Assembly (NCBI GenBank): GCA_965205505.1
Contig: CBDBHB010000008.1
Coordinates: 32,001 to 96,000, forward strand
Source of the DNA: Acidobacteriota bacterium
GTDB lineage: Bacteria; Acidobacteriota; UBA890; WLXD01
Direction: 5' to 3'
Length of the DNA stretch: 64,000 nucleotides
Under the pieces are notes generated by a model. That model made no database searches. It was not told the DNA's origin and saw only the letters and a list, made by a program, of their open reading frames with translations. Shown in pieces: positions 19,068-29,609 of the stretch. Made by a program: the position numbers and the translations under genes. The stretch's first letter is position 1. Every line of letters starts with the position of its first letter.

Positions 19068-20416
19068 CAGCGCTGCCCGCCGACCGTTTCGTCCCATTTT
19101 TGCGCGCTCGAGATGTCCGGCACGCCCCAGTCGGCGCCGTTCCAGCCCCCGAACCCTTCCATCCGGAAAGCCCAGAAGCCAGTGCTCATGTCAGAGCCCA
19201 CGATGAGGCCGTCGGCATTACGCACGTCGACGCCGAACAGACCGTTGAACATGGCCGATCGGTCCGAATTGGGCGGCCCCAGGTAGGTATCGTAGTAGGC
19301 CACGGTCACCGGGTTCTCCGGGTCCATTAGGCTGAATATCTGCAACCCGTCGAGGTAGCCGGACACAAAGACATACGGGTAGCGCACTTCATGGTTGTGC
19401 ACCAGGTTTCGCCAATCGGCGGTCCAGGCGCCCACCGGCGTACGGATGTTCTGCACCTCGCCGTCGAGCGCCGGCTTGAGGTCGAAGATGCGCAGCGGTG
19501 CGTACTGATACTCGGACTCGGCAATCACGTAGCGGCCGTCGGAGGTGGGGGTGAACGTGTGCCCGAAGCCCACCCCACTGATGCCGGTAAGCGATACCAC
19601 CAGCGCCGGGTTTTCCAGGTCTGTGATGTCGTAAATGTAGTAGCCGCCACTGCCGCCACCGTAGAAGCGATCGCTCTGTGTATCCTCGTGGAACCCGGCG
19701 TACATGTCGTGGTATCCACGGAACTGCGAGTCCGCTTCCATACCCACCGGGACCTTGGCTACTAGGGCTTCGTCCATGTGCCCTTCGACGACGTGTGCCA
19801 TGTCGTAGACGTGCGCGTACGGCCCGGAAACCGTGCTGAACAGCAACGGCCGACCGTTGGAATGCTTGTACATGAAGATGTTGTGAAACCCGCCGGGATG
19901 CTCGGGGGCGCGGATTCGCGCCACTTCCTTGACCTTCGATACGTCCGGCAGGTCGGTGACTTCGAGCACGACGGCCCCGAGATCGGCGTCGGGACCCCCT
20001 TGTCCGAACTGCAACGACTGCACGACGTAATAGCGACCGTCCCACTTGAAGTACTTCACATCCATTCCGCCGAGCGGTAGATGAAGATCCTGATCCTCGA
20101 TGCGCCAGCGATAGATCACTCTCGGATCCCGAGGATCGGACAGATCGATGATGTCCATCCCCTTCTCGCCCGCGAAGCCGTAGACCATCCGTCCGACGTA
20201 AGCGAAGGGGCGTGACACCTCCTGCTCGAGCTCGATATCAGACACGTTGAGCCGCGGTCCGAGCGGAAGATGCGACAACACTTCGATGTTGTCGCTACCC
20301 GGCTTGTGCGGCGTCCATTGCGGCGTGCCCTGGGTCTCTTCGACAGCGACTACTGCGGGGACGAGCGCCAGGGTCGTCATCACTGCCACGATAGCGCTCA
20401 GCGTGTGACGTCTCAT
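19067..20416 (-). CDS. Exported LVIVD-repeat beta-propeller protein (copy 1)
   Basis: GMDIIDLSDP, YYIYDITDLENP, LRIFDL, GLQIFSLMDPENP repeats; signal peptide. Confidence 0.85.
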   Translation of the reverse strand: MRRHTLSAIVAVMTTLALVPAVVAVEETQGTPQWTPHKPGSDNIEVLSHLPLGPRLNVSDIELEQEVSRPFAYVGRMVYGFAGEKGMDIIDLSDPRDPRVIYRWRIEDQDLHLPLGGMDVKYFKWDGRYYVVQSLQFGQGGPDADLGAVVLEVTDLPDVSKVKEVARIRAPEHPGGFHNIFMYKHSNGRPLLFSTVSGPYAHVYDMAHVVEGHMDEALVAKVPVGMEADSQFRGYHDMYAGFHEDTQSDRFYGGGSGGYYIYDITDLENPALVVSLTGISGVGFGHTFTPTSDGRYVIAESEYQYAPLRIFDLKPALDGEVQNIRTPVGAWTADWRNLVHNHEVRYPYVFVSGYLDGLQIFSLMDPENPVTVAYYDTYLGPPNSDRSAMFNGLFGVDVRNADGLIVGSDMSTGFWAFRMEGFGGWNGADWGVPDISSAQKWDETVGGQR

Positions 20417-20891
20417 TCAGTTGACCTCGGTTCGAAAATCGCACGGCTACTCCCAGCATTCTAGTCGCTGCCGCGCAAGGCGCGTAGCAACCTCCCCCGG
20501 CCGCGTGCGTTGTAGCACCTGATCCCCTTCAACGCCGACTTGGCCGCCTCGTGGGGCAGCTCGACGCGCTCTGTAGCGATCTTTGTTCAATGGCCTGATA
20601 CCCGCGTGAGTGCTTCGGGACGGATCAAAGAATGGCGGCGCCAGCGGCGGGCACTGTGTCGCGCTGGTGTAGCCGACCCTTCATTGCAGCCTGTCGGTTT
20701 GCAGCTGGCTGGAAGCGGGACCTCTGCTCTCGTGGCGGGGACTCGGCGCGATCCATGCCGCGTCTTCTGCGGCCACTCGGCAGGTCGGGATCGAGCCCCT
20801 CCCAGCTCCCGTAAGTCTCTATGTCGAACGCGAGGATCTCTTCCACACCCTCAGACTATCGGTAGGGTCCGTCAGGGTGGCTTCAGAAGAC

Positions 20892-22040
20892 CTACGCGTA
20901 CCAAAGCCACTGGAAGAACCTGGCGGTGCCGAGGTTACCCAGCAGCGCCAGGGGCCAAAACCACCTCGATCGCTCCTGGCGCAAACGCAGGTTGTAGGCG
21001 AAGGCGAGGGGAATCATGAGGCGCGTCGCCGCGCCTGGGTGGCCATCCCACACGGAGAACCCGAGGATCGAGAGCAAGAACATATAGGCTGCGCCAATGC
21101 GCCACCAGGGATCGTTCCACTCACGGCGAATCACGAGGTAGACGCCCTGCACCGTAAGGCCGATTAGCGCACAGAGGGTATGAAACTCGAATTGGTTCAC
21201 ATCGCCGTCGAAGAGCTGTCCCATGAGTTGCTTCCATTTGCCCGCGTAGCCGAAGAGCGGGAGGGCCACGTTCTGGTTGCCGGCGCCCGGGACGCTCCCC
21301 ATTGCCCAGGTCACGTAGACAATCCAGAGGAGCAGTGGCACGACAACGATCAGCCCTATTCCTACGCTGCGCATGAGCTCGCGCGGGGTCTTGCCCTTGG
21401 GCCAGGCCGGCGCCGCCGCGCCGAGGACGTTGGTCTCTCGACCCAGTCCCGCCAAGCCAAAGATCAACCCAGACAGGAGGCGCCGCTCCTCCTCGAGCGC
21501 AATGACACCGAGCATGATCAGCAGCATGCTCGGCAGTCCCAACAGAGCTCCGAGCGTCGAGCCGAGCACGGCTCCATTGAAGAGGCACGCGAACCAAAGA
21601 GCAAACGCCCTCCCGTCCCTCTTGGGGAACCAGCGAAAGAGGAGAATCCCGATCACTACCCAGCACAGAGCGTTCTGAAGGGAGAAGACCTGCAGCACCC
21701 AGTAGGGGCGACCGAGGCCCCCGAGGTAGGCGGTCCAGGAGAAGAGGATCCGACGCGCTCTGTAAGAAGGAGCGTCCAGCGAGTTCTGTAACTCGGGGTT
21801 GCGAAGGTTTGGATCGACGGCGAGGGTGGCGTACCACTGACTGTCGTAGCCCCAGCTGTTGGTCTCCTGGGCGTGAGGAACCGCGCGAATCGCCGGATGC
21901 CGCGTCTCAGCATACAAATCCCCGAATCGAATCAGGGAGGTGAACCCAGTCTTCGAGTCGTAGCGGGCTCCAAGCAACGACAGGAAGACCACCAAGCAGA
22001 CGACGTAGGGAATCCACTTGAGGAGTAGGCGTGGGTTCAT
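20892..22040 (-). CDS. Polytopic GT-C-like membrane protein (AZOBR_p60025-like)
   Basis: GYDSQWY..LA.DP...D.PSYRARRIL motif, L.RET motif, many TM helices. Confidence 0.65.
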   Translation of the reverse strand: MNPRLLLKWIPYVVCLVVFLSLLGARYDSKTGFTSLIRFGDLYAETRHPAIRAVPHAQETNSWGYDSQWYATLAVDPNLRNPELQNSLDAPSYRARRILFSWTAYLGGLGRPYWVLQVFSLQNALCWVVIGILLFRWFPKRDGRAFALWFACLFNGAVLGSTLGALLGLPSMLLIMLGVIALEEERRLLSGLIFGLAGLGRETNVLGAAAPAWPKGKTPRELMRSVGIGLIVVVPLLLWIVYVTWAMGSVPGAGNQNVALPLFGYAGKWKQLMGQLFDGDVNQFEFHTLCALIGLTVQGVYLVIRREWNDPWWRIGAAYMFLLSILGFSVWDGHPGAATRLMIPLAFAYNLRLRQERSRWFWPLALLGNLGTARFFQWLWYA

Positions 22041-22311
22041 GAGCGAATCCCGCCTCGGAGCATGAGCGCAGACTCTAGTAGAGCGACCAGGGAGCAACAA
22101 CCAGCCGCGTGCCCTACCGATGCCCACCCCCGTGGTCGGTAGATGCCGTGGAGGTGTAGGTGGGGTATCGCCTACCCTCAACACGGCGTCTATTACACGT
22201 GTAAAGAGACAGTCTAGGGGTGTGGCTGACGCGGACGCGACACCGGTAGCGCCTCGCGCCAACCCCGAAAACACGCCGGTTTTGCTGGGACTCGTGTAGC
22301 ATCTGCACACC

Positions 22312-23439
22312 ATGGGCGTGGATTTCAGCGAACGGCAAGCGCGCACTATCGCGGCGGCGATCACCACCGTTTCAGCGCTGGTGATCTTGTTGGCCATCGG
22401 AGCCCTCGGATGGCTTGCAGCCTTGTTCCTGCGAGCGTTTTCCGGAGTCTTCCTGCCGCTCGCGGTTGGGGCGGTGGCGGCCCTGGTCTGCCGGCCGTAT
22501 TACGAATGGCTCCACGAGCGGTTGCGCCTACCCGCGGCAGCCGCCGTCCTGGTGGTCTTTCTGTCGGTGTTGGGACCGCTGACGGCGTTCGTCCTGTTCT
22601 TCGGCGCCATCCTCGTTGGTCAGCTGGTCAGCCTCACTGCCCTTCTTCCCGAATGGTGGGAATTGCTGCGGCTATGGGTGATGCAGCGGGTCCCAGAGGT
22701 AGCGGAGCTGATCGAGCGCAGCGGCGCTGGCGAGCGACTTCGTGGCACCGCTGAATCGCAGTTGTCGACAGTTCTGCAGGGCATCCAAAGCGTCGGGTTT
22801 CAGGCGCTCACCGCCGGCCTCGGCCTCGCCCGCGGCGTGGGGGCCTTGCTCGGATGGGCGGTAGTCCCGGTGTACTTTGCCTACTTTCTGACCTCCCGGG
22901 GAGTGCGCGTCGACGCCGACCGGCTTCTGCCCTTCCTCAAGTCCGAGACACGGCGCGACGTGATGTACCTGGGGCAGGAGTTCGTCGACATCAGCGTGGC
23001 GTTCTTTCGTGGCCAGCTGGTCATCGCGTTTCTTCAGGGCTTGATGTTCGCCGCTGGCTTCAGCCTCGTCGGCCTGCGTTACGGGTTCGTCATCGGCCTG
23101 CTGCTCGGCCTGTTGAACGTCATTCCGTACCTGGGGAGCATCATCGGGCTTGGCATCGCTCTGCCGTTGGCGTTGTTTCAGGAAGGCGGCGGTCTGGTGC
23201 CATGCGCATTGGTCCTGGCGGTCTTCGCGATAGTGCAGCAGATAGAGGGCTGGCTGCTGACACCCAAGATCATGGGCGACCGTACCGGTCTGCACTTCAT
23301 GGCCATCATCGTGGCGATCTTCTTCTGGGGCACTGCCCTCGGGGGTATCCTCGGCATGATCCTGGCGATTCCGCTGACCGCGTTCCTCGCATCGCTGTGG
23401 CGACTGGCGCGCGAGAAGTACATTCCGGAGATCCTCTAG
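22312..23439 (+). CDS. AI-2E family transporter
   Basis: [40 protein letters not shown]. Confidence 0.9.
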   Translation: MGVDFSERQARTIAAAITTVSALVILLAIGALGWLAALFLRAFSGVFLPLAVGAVAALVCRPYYEWLHERLRLPAAAAVLVVFLSVLGPLTAFVLFFGAILVGQLVSLTALLPEWWELLRLWVMQRVPEVAELIERSGAGERLRGTAESQLSTVLQGIQSVGFQALTAGLGLARGVGALLGWAVVPVYFAYFLTSRGVRVDADRLLPFLKSETRRDVMYLGQEFVDISVAFFRGQLVIAFLQGLMFAAGFSLVGLRYGFVIGLLLGLLNVIPYLGSIIGLGIALPLALFQEGGGLVPCALVLAVFAIVQQIEGWLLTPKIMGDRTGLHFMAIIVAIFFWGTALGGILGMILAIPLTAFLASLWRLAREKYIPEIL

Positions 23440-23509
23440 CGAATGGGCTTCAAATAGTGGCCCTGAGCTCCGCGCGCCGGGCTGCTGTGGGCCTCGGCGG
23501 AGACCGCGC

Positions 23510-25480
23510 TTGAGCTCGCCGCTCTGGACACCCTCACCAGAGCGAGCCCAGGCCGCTGAGATCACGGCGTTCATGAGTCTGGTGAACGAGCGCTTCGCAG
23601 CGCGAATCTCCACGTACGACGAGCTTTACGCTTGGTCGATCGAGAAGAAGGAAGAATTCTGGGCGGCGCTGTGGGATTTCTGCGGCGTTATCGCGAGTCA
23701 GCGGGGCGAGACATGTCTCGTGGACGGCGATCGAATGCCTGGAGCACGATTCTTTCCAGGGGCGCGCCTGAACTTCGCCGCCAACCTCCTGCGGCGGCGG
23801 GGTCCGGGAGACGCGATCATCTTCCGCGGTGAAGATCGCGTCTCACGGCGTTTGAGCTGGGACGACCTGCGAAACCAGGTAGCTGCCGTGGCTGCGACCC
23901 TACGCGATGCCGGAGTCGAGGCCGGCGATCGGGTGGCAGGCTTCATGCCCAACGTGCCGGAGTCGTTCGTGGCAATGCTGGCAACGGCCTCGCTCGGGGG
24001 CGTGTGGACTTCGTGCTCGCCCGACTTCGGCGTTCGCGGCGTTGTGGATCGCTTCGGGCAGATCGGGTCGAAGGTGCTCTTTTGTGCCGACGGCTATTTC
24101 TACAAAGGGCGGGAATTCGACTCGTTGGCGCGCGTCCGCAAGTTCCTGCCACAGCTTCCCAGCATCAAGCACGTGTTCGTGAGCCACTACGTCGGAACCG
24201 ATCCTGACCTGTGCGGGTTGGGCTCGGCGCAATGGCTCGATGACGCCATCGCCGATCACCGCGGCGCAAAGCTGTCCTTCGTCCCGGTCGGATTCAACGA
24301 TCCGCTTTACGTGCTGTATTCGTCGGGAACCACCGGACCGCCCAAGTGCATCCTCCACAGTGTGGGCGGCACGCTTCTCAAGCATCTCTCCGAGCACCGG
24401 CTCATGCTGGATGTACGCCCTGGCGACCGTGTATTCCACTTCACGACCTGCGGCTGGATGATGTGGAACTGGATGGCCTCGGCCCTGGCTTCGGAAGCGA
24501 CCCTGTTGGTGTACGACGGCGACCCATTTCACCCGCATCCCGAGGTACTCTTCGACTACATCGAACAGGAGCGAGGCACGCTGTTTGGTGTGTCCGCCAA
24601 GTACATCGATGCGCTGAGAAACGCCGGCGCCGATCCTGGCGAGCGCCACCGACTGCCGGAGCTACGCACGATCACCTCGACCGGATCGCCGCTGGTCGCG
24701 GAAGGGTTCGACTACGTGTACGAACACATCAAGAGCGACGTGTGCCTGTCGTCGATCAGCGGGGGTACCGATATCGTCGGTTGTTTTGTCGGCGGCAACC
24801 CCATCGGTGCCGTATGGCGCGGCGAGATCCAGGCACGCAGCCTCGGGATGTCCGTGCACGTGTTCGACGGTGATGGCCATCCGGTGCTCGAGCAGAAGGG
24901 CGAGCTCGTTTGCACCCAGCCCTTCCCTTCCATGCCGATCGGGTTCTGGGACGATGCCGACGGCTCTCGCTATCGTGCCGCTTACTTCGAGCGCTATCCG
25001 TGTGTCTGGCACCAGGGCGACTACGCCGAGATCACACCGCACAATGGGGTGGTGATCTATGGGCGATCCGACGCCACGCTCAATCCCGGCGGCGTACGGA
25101 TCGGAACGGCAGAGATCTACCGCGTGGTCGAGAGCATTGCCGCGGTCGAGGAAGCCCTGGTGGTGGGACAGGATTGGGAAGACGACGTTCGCGTGATCCT
25201 GTTTGTTCGGCTACGTGACGGACTGACGATCGACGAAGCCCTGGCCGACGACTTGCGTCAGCGGGTCCGCGCCAGTTGTTCGCCGCGCCATACACCGGCG
25301 GTCGTCCTCCAGGTGCAGGACATACCTCGCACCAAGAGCGGCAAGATCGTCGAGTTGGCGGTGCGGGATGTGATTCACGGCAGGCCGGTCAAGAACGTCG
25401 AGGCCCTCGCGAACCCCGAGGTCCTGGAGCAGTATGCCGATCGGCCGGAGCTATCGTACGCAGCTTGCCGTTCACAGTGA
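23510..25480 (+). CDS. Acetoacetate--CoA ligase
   Basis: [51 protein letters not shown]. Confidence 0.92.
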   Translation: MSSPLWTPSPERAQAAEITAFMSLVNERFAARISTYDELYAWSIEKKEEFWAALWDFCGVIASQRGETCLVDGDRMPGARFFPGARLNFAANLLRRRGPGDAIIFRGEDRVSRRLSWDDLRNQVAAVAATLRDAGVEAGDRVAGFMPNVPESFVAMLATASLGGVWTSCSPDFGVRGVVDRFGQIGSKVLFCADGYFYKGREFDSLARVRKFLPQLPSIKHVFVSHYVGTDPDLCGLGSAQWLDDAIADHRGAKLSFVPVGFNDPLYVLYSSGTTGPPKCILHSVGGTLLKHLSEHRLMLDVRPGDRVFHFTTCGWMMWNWMASALASEATLLVYDGDPFHPHPEVLFDYIEQERGTLFGVSAKYIDALRNAGADPGERHRLPELRTITSTGSPLVAEGFDYVYEHIKSDVCLSSISGGTDIVGCFVGGNPIGAVWRGEIQARSLGMSVHVFDGDGHPVLEQKGELVCTQPFPSMPIGFWDDADGSRYRAAYFERYPCVWHQGDYAEITPHNGVVIYGRSDATLNPGGVRIGTAEIYRVVESIAAVEEALVVGQDWEDDVRVILFVRLRDGLTIDEALADDLRQRVRASCSPRHTPAVVLQVQDIPRTKSGKIVELAVRDVIHGRPVKNVEALANPEVLEQYADRPELSYAACRSQ

Positions 25481-25572
25481 GCCGAACGGGAACGAGAAGC
25501 CGAGAATCAGCGTCAGGCGGCGGTAGCTCGGCCGCGGCGTTGATCACGCCGCCGGCTTGTTGTCGCAGCTGT

Positions 25573-27147
25573 TCAGTCGCCAAACTCCAGGCCCTGGGCC
25601 AGCGGCAGCTCGACGCTCCAGTTGATAGTGCTCGTTTGTCGCCGCATGTAGGCCTTCCAGGCGTCGGAGCCCGACTCACGACCACCACCGGTCTCCTTCT
25701 CGCCGCCGAAAGCGCCGCCGATCTCTGCACCGCTGGTGCCGATGTTGACGTTGGCAATGCCACAGTCGCTACCGCGGTGCGAGAGAAACAGCTCAATCTC
25801 GCGCACGTGGTCGCTGAAGATCGCCGAGGACAGGCCCTGCGGGACGTCATTGTGCAGCCTGATCGCCTCCGCAACTTCATCCACCGCCTGTGCGGGCGTC
25901 GCGTCGGCCGTGCCATACGAGATGATGTAGAGAATTGGCGCGAAGGTCTCTTCCTGAACGATGGCGAGCGAGTTCTCTACCACGGCAACGCATGGCGTGA
26001 CGTAGTGGCCGCCGGGATAACGGGCGCCTTCCAGCCGCTCGCCGCCACAGACGATCTCGCCGCCCGCATCGCGCACCTGTCGCAGCGCGCTCATCATGGC
26101 ATCGACAGCCCCCACCGTCACCAGCGGCCCCATCAACGTGACGCTGTCGCACGGATCGCCGATAGCGATGCTCTCGTAGGCGCCGCACAGCCGACGAACC
26201 AGCTCGTCATGTCTACTGGCATGAACTATGATGCGCCGCGTCGAGGTACAGCGCTGGCCGGCGGTGCCCACGGCGCCGAACAAGATCGCCGGCAGCGCCA
26301 GGTCCATGTTGGCGTTCGGCGTGACGATGATTGCGTTGTTGCCACCGAGCTCGAGGATCGTTCGCCCGAGGCGCTGGCCGACGGCCTCGGCCACCCTGTG
26401 GCCCATCGTGCAGCTGCCGGTGGCCGATACCAGTGAGACACGGCGATCGGCCAACAAGCGCTCACCAACCGTGCGCCCGGGTCCGACAACGAGCGAGAAG
26501 ACAGCCGGATCGACGCCGTTGCGTTGGCAAACCTCGGCGGCGATCTTGGTGCACGCAATGGCGGTGAGCGGCGTCTTGCTTGCCGGTTTCCACAACGAGG
26601 CATTGCCGCACACCGCCGAGATCGCGACGTTCCAGCTCCAGACCGCCACCGGGAAGTTGAAGGCGGTGATGATGCCTACCACGCCGAGCGGGTGCCACTG
26701 CTCGTACATCCGGTGATCGGGCCGCTCGGAGTGCATGGTCAGGCCGTAGAGCTGCCGCGAGAGCCCGGTGGCGAAGTCGCAGATGTCGATCATCTCCTGC
26801 ACCTCGCCCTCGCCTTCTGCCTGGATCTTCCCCATCTCCAGGGTCACGAGCCGTCCGAGATCCGTCTTAGCCAGACGTAGGCGCTCGCCGATCTGTCGAA
26901 CGATCTCGCCGCGGCGGGGGGCGGGCACCGAGCACCAACCCGCGAACGCCTCGTAGGCTCGCGCGGCCACGGTGTCGTACTCCTGTTCGGTGACCTGACG
27001 TACGCTGGCGAGCCTACTGCCGTCGATCGGCGTAGTGACGTCGAGGAGCGGTCCCGAACCGATCCAGTCACCGCAGAACCCTCCGGGATTCTCGCGGTCG
27101 ATTCCGAGCCTTCCCAACGCCTCGTCCATCAAGTGCACCCCGGTCAT
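25573..27147 (-). CDS. ALDH7-type aldehyde dehydrogenase (piperideine-6-carboxylate/aminoadipate-semialdehyde DH)
   Basis: GEVQEMIDICDFA.GLSRQLYG, ILELGGNNA, GTAGQRC, GAEIGGAFGGEKETGGGRESGSDAWK. Confidence 0.92.
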   Translation of the reverse strand: MTGVHLMDEALGRLGIDRENPGGFCGDWIGSGPLLDVTTPIDGSRLASVRQVTEQEYDTVAARAYEAFAGWCSVPAPRRGEIVRQIGERLRLAKTDLGRLVTLEMGKIQAEGEGEVQEMIDICDFATGLSRQLYGLTMHSERPDHRMYEQWHPLGVVGIITAFNFPVAVWSWNVAISAVCGNASLWKPASKTPLTAIACTKIAAEVCQRNGVDPAVFSLVVGPGRTVGERLLADRRVSLVSATGSCTMGHRVAEAVGQRLGRTILELGGNNAIIVTPNANMDLALPAILFGAVGTAGQRCTSTRRIIVHASRHDELVRRLCGAYESIAIGDPCDSVTLMGPLVTVGAVDAMMSALRQVRDAGGEIVCGGERLEGARYPGGHYVTPCVAVVENSLAIVQEETFAPILYIISYGTADATPAQAVDEVAEAIRLHNDVPQGLSSAIFSDHVREIELFLSHRGSDCGIANVNIGTSGAEIGGAFGGEKETGGGRESGSDAWKAYMRRQTSTINWSVELPLAQGLEFGD

Positions 27148-27341
27148 TGAAGGTCGCCCAAGTTGATCGCCGTAACTCTATGCCACGCTGCGCACGACGA
27201 AGAGCCACCAGACCGGCCTTCTACCAACGCCACCGCCGCCGTCACGCGGTGCCGGCAACCCGCGCCCTCCGGTTGTAGGACCACGAGCATACCTGTAACT
27301 TCCCGGCCGACCCCGTTCCCGCTCCCAACCAGGAGTCCCCT

Positions 27342-27656
27342 ATGTCGAACATCGGCAAGTACGCATTCCTTGGCGGCGCCGTCTTGGCGCTCGTCATGGC
27401 GTTCGTGAACGTACCCAACGGCGTCCTGATCCTCGCGGTTCTCGGCCTCGTCGTCGGGTTTCTCAACATCAGCGACTCCGAATCGCAGGGTTTCCTGATC
27501 GCAGCCATAGCCCTGATGATGACCGCCACCTCGGTCGCCGTTATCCCGGAGGTAGGCGGAATGATCACCAAAATCACCGGCAACCTGGCCGCCTTCGTGG
27601 CGCCGGCGGCACTCCTGGTGGCCCTGAAGTCGCTGATGGAGAGCTCCAAAGACTAG
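27342..27656 (+). CDS. Small 4-TM hypothetical membrane protein
   Basis: AGGAG SD, strong coding codon usage, LGLVVGFLNI...E...FLIAAIAL...FVAPAA..VALK. Confidence 0.8.
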   Translation: MSNIGKYAFLGGAVLALVMAFVNVPNGVLILAVLGLVVGFLNISDSESQGFLIAAIALMMTATSVAVIPEVGGMITKITGNLAAFVAPAALLVALKSLMESSKD

Positions 27657-27676
27657 CGTTCCGTAGACGGGTCATC

Positions 27677-27714
27677 GCGGCCTCCGGGCTTTCTCGGAGG
27701 CCGCTTCGCTTTGT
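27677..27714 (+). terminator. Probable intrinsic terminator
   Basis: GCGGCCTCCG...CGGAGGCCGC stem followed by TTCGCTTTGT. Confidence 0.6.
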
Positions 27715-27770
27715 GATGGCGCCGCCACGGCCTGCTAGGCTGAGAGACTGCCAATACAATACGGCTCGCT

Positions 27771-29279
27771 ATGTTGTCGAGCGTCAAAGATCCGTCATCG
27801 TCGGCACCTCCGACGAGGCTTACGCGACAGCTGGGGTTGGCCGGCCTCGCCGCCACGGGCATCTGCTCGATGATGGGCGCCGCCATCAACATCGTGCCGC
27901 TGATGGTGCAGCGCAACGTCCCCGGCATCGGGCCGTATGTGCTGCCGGCGTATCTGGTAGCGGTGGTACCGGCGGTGCTGGCTGCCATGGCCTACGCGAT
28001 CCTGGCCTCGGCTATGCCCCGCGCCGGCGGTAGCTACGTTTATGTGAGCCGCTCGTTGAACCCGTACCTCGGCTTTGTCGCGAGCTTTTCGCAGTGGTTC
28101 GGGTTGTGCGTGGCGATCGGCGTGGTCTCGTATGTCCTGGTGCCGTTCCTGCGCGATATCGCCACGACGCTCGAGTACTTCGATCTCGCGGCGCTCATCG
28201 CCGACGGTCCGGGTCGGGTCGTCGTAGCGCTGGCGTTTCTCTGGACCTTCATCGGCGTGAACGTGATCGGACTGCGCCTCTACGAGCGCATCCTCGTGCC
28301 GTTGATGGTCCTCATGTTCCTCGGCGGCGCGGTGGTCATCGTTGCCGGGTTCTCATTCGAGCCGAGCGACTTCGCTGCGGCGGTAGAGGCTCGTGACGGG
28401 GTCAAGATCGCACTCGACGGTACAGCAACGTTTCGCATCTCGACGTTCCTCAGCGCATCGGTGATCCTGTTTTCGAGCTTCATCGGCTTCGACTCGATCG
28501 CGCAGGCTGGCGGCGAGTCCCGCAACCCAGCCCGTGACCTGCCGCTGGCGATCGGAATCGCTGTGTTTTCGGTGGGCGGCTTCTATCTGGCGTTCACCGC
28601 GGCCGTCTATCATGCCATCCCCTGGGCGTATGTCGCCGAACGCGCGCTGGTCGAAGACCTCACCGCTCCCGGCCTGCTCGGCTACCTGCTTTCACCCGGG
28701 TGGACGGTGGCGATCGTGGCGGGGGCAGCGATTGCGCTCATCAACGACCTCCCGGCCATGCTCCTGTCGGTCTCCCGCCTGATGCTCGCTTGGGCGGAAG
28801 ACGGCATCTTTCCGACCTTCGTCAAGCGCATTCACGCCCGGCGGCACACGCCCCATATCGCCATCCTCCTCAGCGGTGCCATGGCCACCGCGGGGGTCGC
28901 GGGGAGTCACCTGGCAGGCGACTTTTTTCTCGGCATCGACATCCTGGTCACGGCAATGTTGGTGAACTTCCTGTTGGTCTGCCTGTCTGTGGTTTGCATC
29001 TCGAGACGCAACCCGGCTCTCGCCGGCGCCATTCGGGTAGCGCGGTCGGGCACCGTACGCACCGCGATCGGCCTCAGCGGAGCGGCGCTACTAAGTCTCT
29101 ACCTGGCCGTACACTTGTGGAAGGACCTGCGCGCTCCGGTCGACGCGTGGTACCTGCGATCGACCTGGATCTGGGTGCTGGTGATGATCGGCGGAAGCTT
29201 GGTGTTCGCCTCGAAGTGGCGCGCCATCGCCGCCGATCCAGCCCGGCGCCGCAAGTTCGAAGACCTACCGCCCGAGTAG
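27771..29279 (+). CDS. APC family amino acid permease
   Basis: L.RQLGL, AMPRAGGSYVYV, FIGFD, AGGESRNPARDLP, HTPH.AI. Confidence 0.9.
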   Translation: MLSSVKDPSSSAPPTRLTRQLGLAGLAATGICSMMGAAINIVPLMVQRNVPGIGPYVLPAYLVAVVPAVLAAMAYAILASAMPRAGGSYVYVSRSLNPYLGFVASFSQWFGLCVAIGVVSYVLVPFLRDIATTLEYFDLAALIADGPGRVVVALAFLWTFIGVNVIGLRLYERILVPLMVLMFLGGAVVIVAGFSFEPSDFAAAVEARDGVKIALDGTATFRISTFLSASVILFSSFIGFDSIAQAGGESRNPARDLPLAIGIAVFSVGGFYLAFTAAVYHAIPWAYVAERALVEDLTAPGLLGYLLSPGWTVAIVAGAAIALINDLPAMLLSVSRLMLAWAEDGIFPTFVKRIHARRHTPHIAILLSGAMATAGVAGSHLAGDFFLGIDILVTAMLVNFLLVCLSVVCISRRNPALAGAIRVARSGTVRTAIGLSGAALLSLYLAVHLWKDLRAPVDAWYLRSTWIWVLVMIGGSLVFASKWRAIAADPARRRKFEDLPPE

Positions 29280-29290
29280 GCGATTCCTAG

Positions 29291-29363
29291 TGCCCCCGCC
29301 AGGACTCGAACCTGGGCACCCGGCTTAGGAGGCCGGTGCTCTATCCACCTGAGCTACGAGGGC
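29291..29363 (-). tRNA. tRNA-Arg(CCT)
   Basis: GCCCTCGTAGCTCAGGTGGATAGAGCACCGGCCTCCTAAGCCGG...GGTTCGAGTCC; CCA not encoded. Confidence 0.95.
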
Positions 29364-29609
29364 GAAAGAAGCTATCTGTTGAGGATACCCCCCCTGGTTC
29401 GCTGCAGGCGTCCACTGTTCTTATCTGTTCTCTGCACATCTGTCCGCTGGCTTCGTCGCCGCCGCGACGCTGCGGTCTCGTTGAACGGCACTCGGGCGTG
29501 GTCCAATGCCGCCTGGGAGCCCTGGAAAACCCTCCTTGTCGCGACCCGCCCGCGTTGTTAGTGTGACCGACGGTCCCGTGAGTGATCACAGCCCCAAAGG
29601 GAGAATCTG

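Noticed and set aside
20625-20846. ORF starting MEEILAFDIET (Exo I motif of RNase H-like exonucleases)
   Set aside because: Only about 20 residues look right; too little to call beyond a possible fragment
29291-29363. tRNA-Arg(CCT) as an island integration site
   Set aside because: No duplicated 3' end or integrase found downstream
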